The notes under the pieces are model-generated. The model worked only from the letters and a program-made list of their open reading frames with translations, did not search any database and was not told the origin of the DNA. The position numbers and the translations under genes were made by a program. Shown in pieces: positions 63,805-64,000 of a stretch of 64,000 bases of DNA; position 1 is the first letter of the stretch; each line of letters begins with the position of its first letter. Source of the DNA: Tubulanus polymorphus (lineage: Eukaryota > Animalia > Nemertea); NCBI RefSeq assembly GCF_964204645.1, contig NC_134028.1, forward strand, positions 25,850,345 through 25,914,344, in the 5' to 3' direction.

Positions 63805-64000
63805 GCTAGTACACTGCATTGTGTATTGTAGTAATTAATTTCTATCTCTATTGATACCTGACAGCATCTATCAAACAGAACCAGTCAATTTTAGTGAAAC
63901 TAGTCACAAACGATACACCGCACCGTGGTGTAGACATAGACATAGACACTTAGGTTAAGTGGTGTGCCTGTTATTCAAACCCATTGGGGTAGAATTATTT
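63805..64000. mobile_element. Diverged partial copy of the piggyBac-type MITE family
   Basis: gctagtacactgca..tgtgtattg..aacgatacaccgcaccgtggtgtagac..gttattcaa matches 50480-50650. Confidence 0.65.

Overview
AT-rich animal genomic DNA with short GT-AG introns, probably an invertebrate (lophotrochozoan-like; inferred, not provable here). Nine conventional protein genes were rebuilt by hand from splice signals: claudin/PMP22-family tetraspan (+), MOXD1/DBH-like copper monooxygenase (-), anion-selective GlyR-like Cys-loop subunit (+), HES/hairy (+), MPPE1-like metallophosphoesterase (+), EI24 with an intronless CDS (-), TEDC2 (-), Chibby (+) and the 3' part of BPTF/NURF301 (-). There is also a tRNA-Trp(CCA), many MITEs, an L2 LINE tail with a long (TTA)n, and a possible cGAS/Mab21-like pseudogene. 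Two observations stand out. (1) A candidate young chimeric gene at 42959-44287: the head-to-head TEDC2/Chibby promoter is duplicated with three BPTF exons between the copies, and the copied TEDC2 ATG reads in frame through them to give a 160-aa ORF that stops just before the PHD finger. (2) A family of short Penelope-type retroelement remnants carrying minimal type I hammerhead ribozymes; the two intact cores are antisense to their host genes and the sense copies are mutated. All models are read by eye and untested by alignment or expression data.
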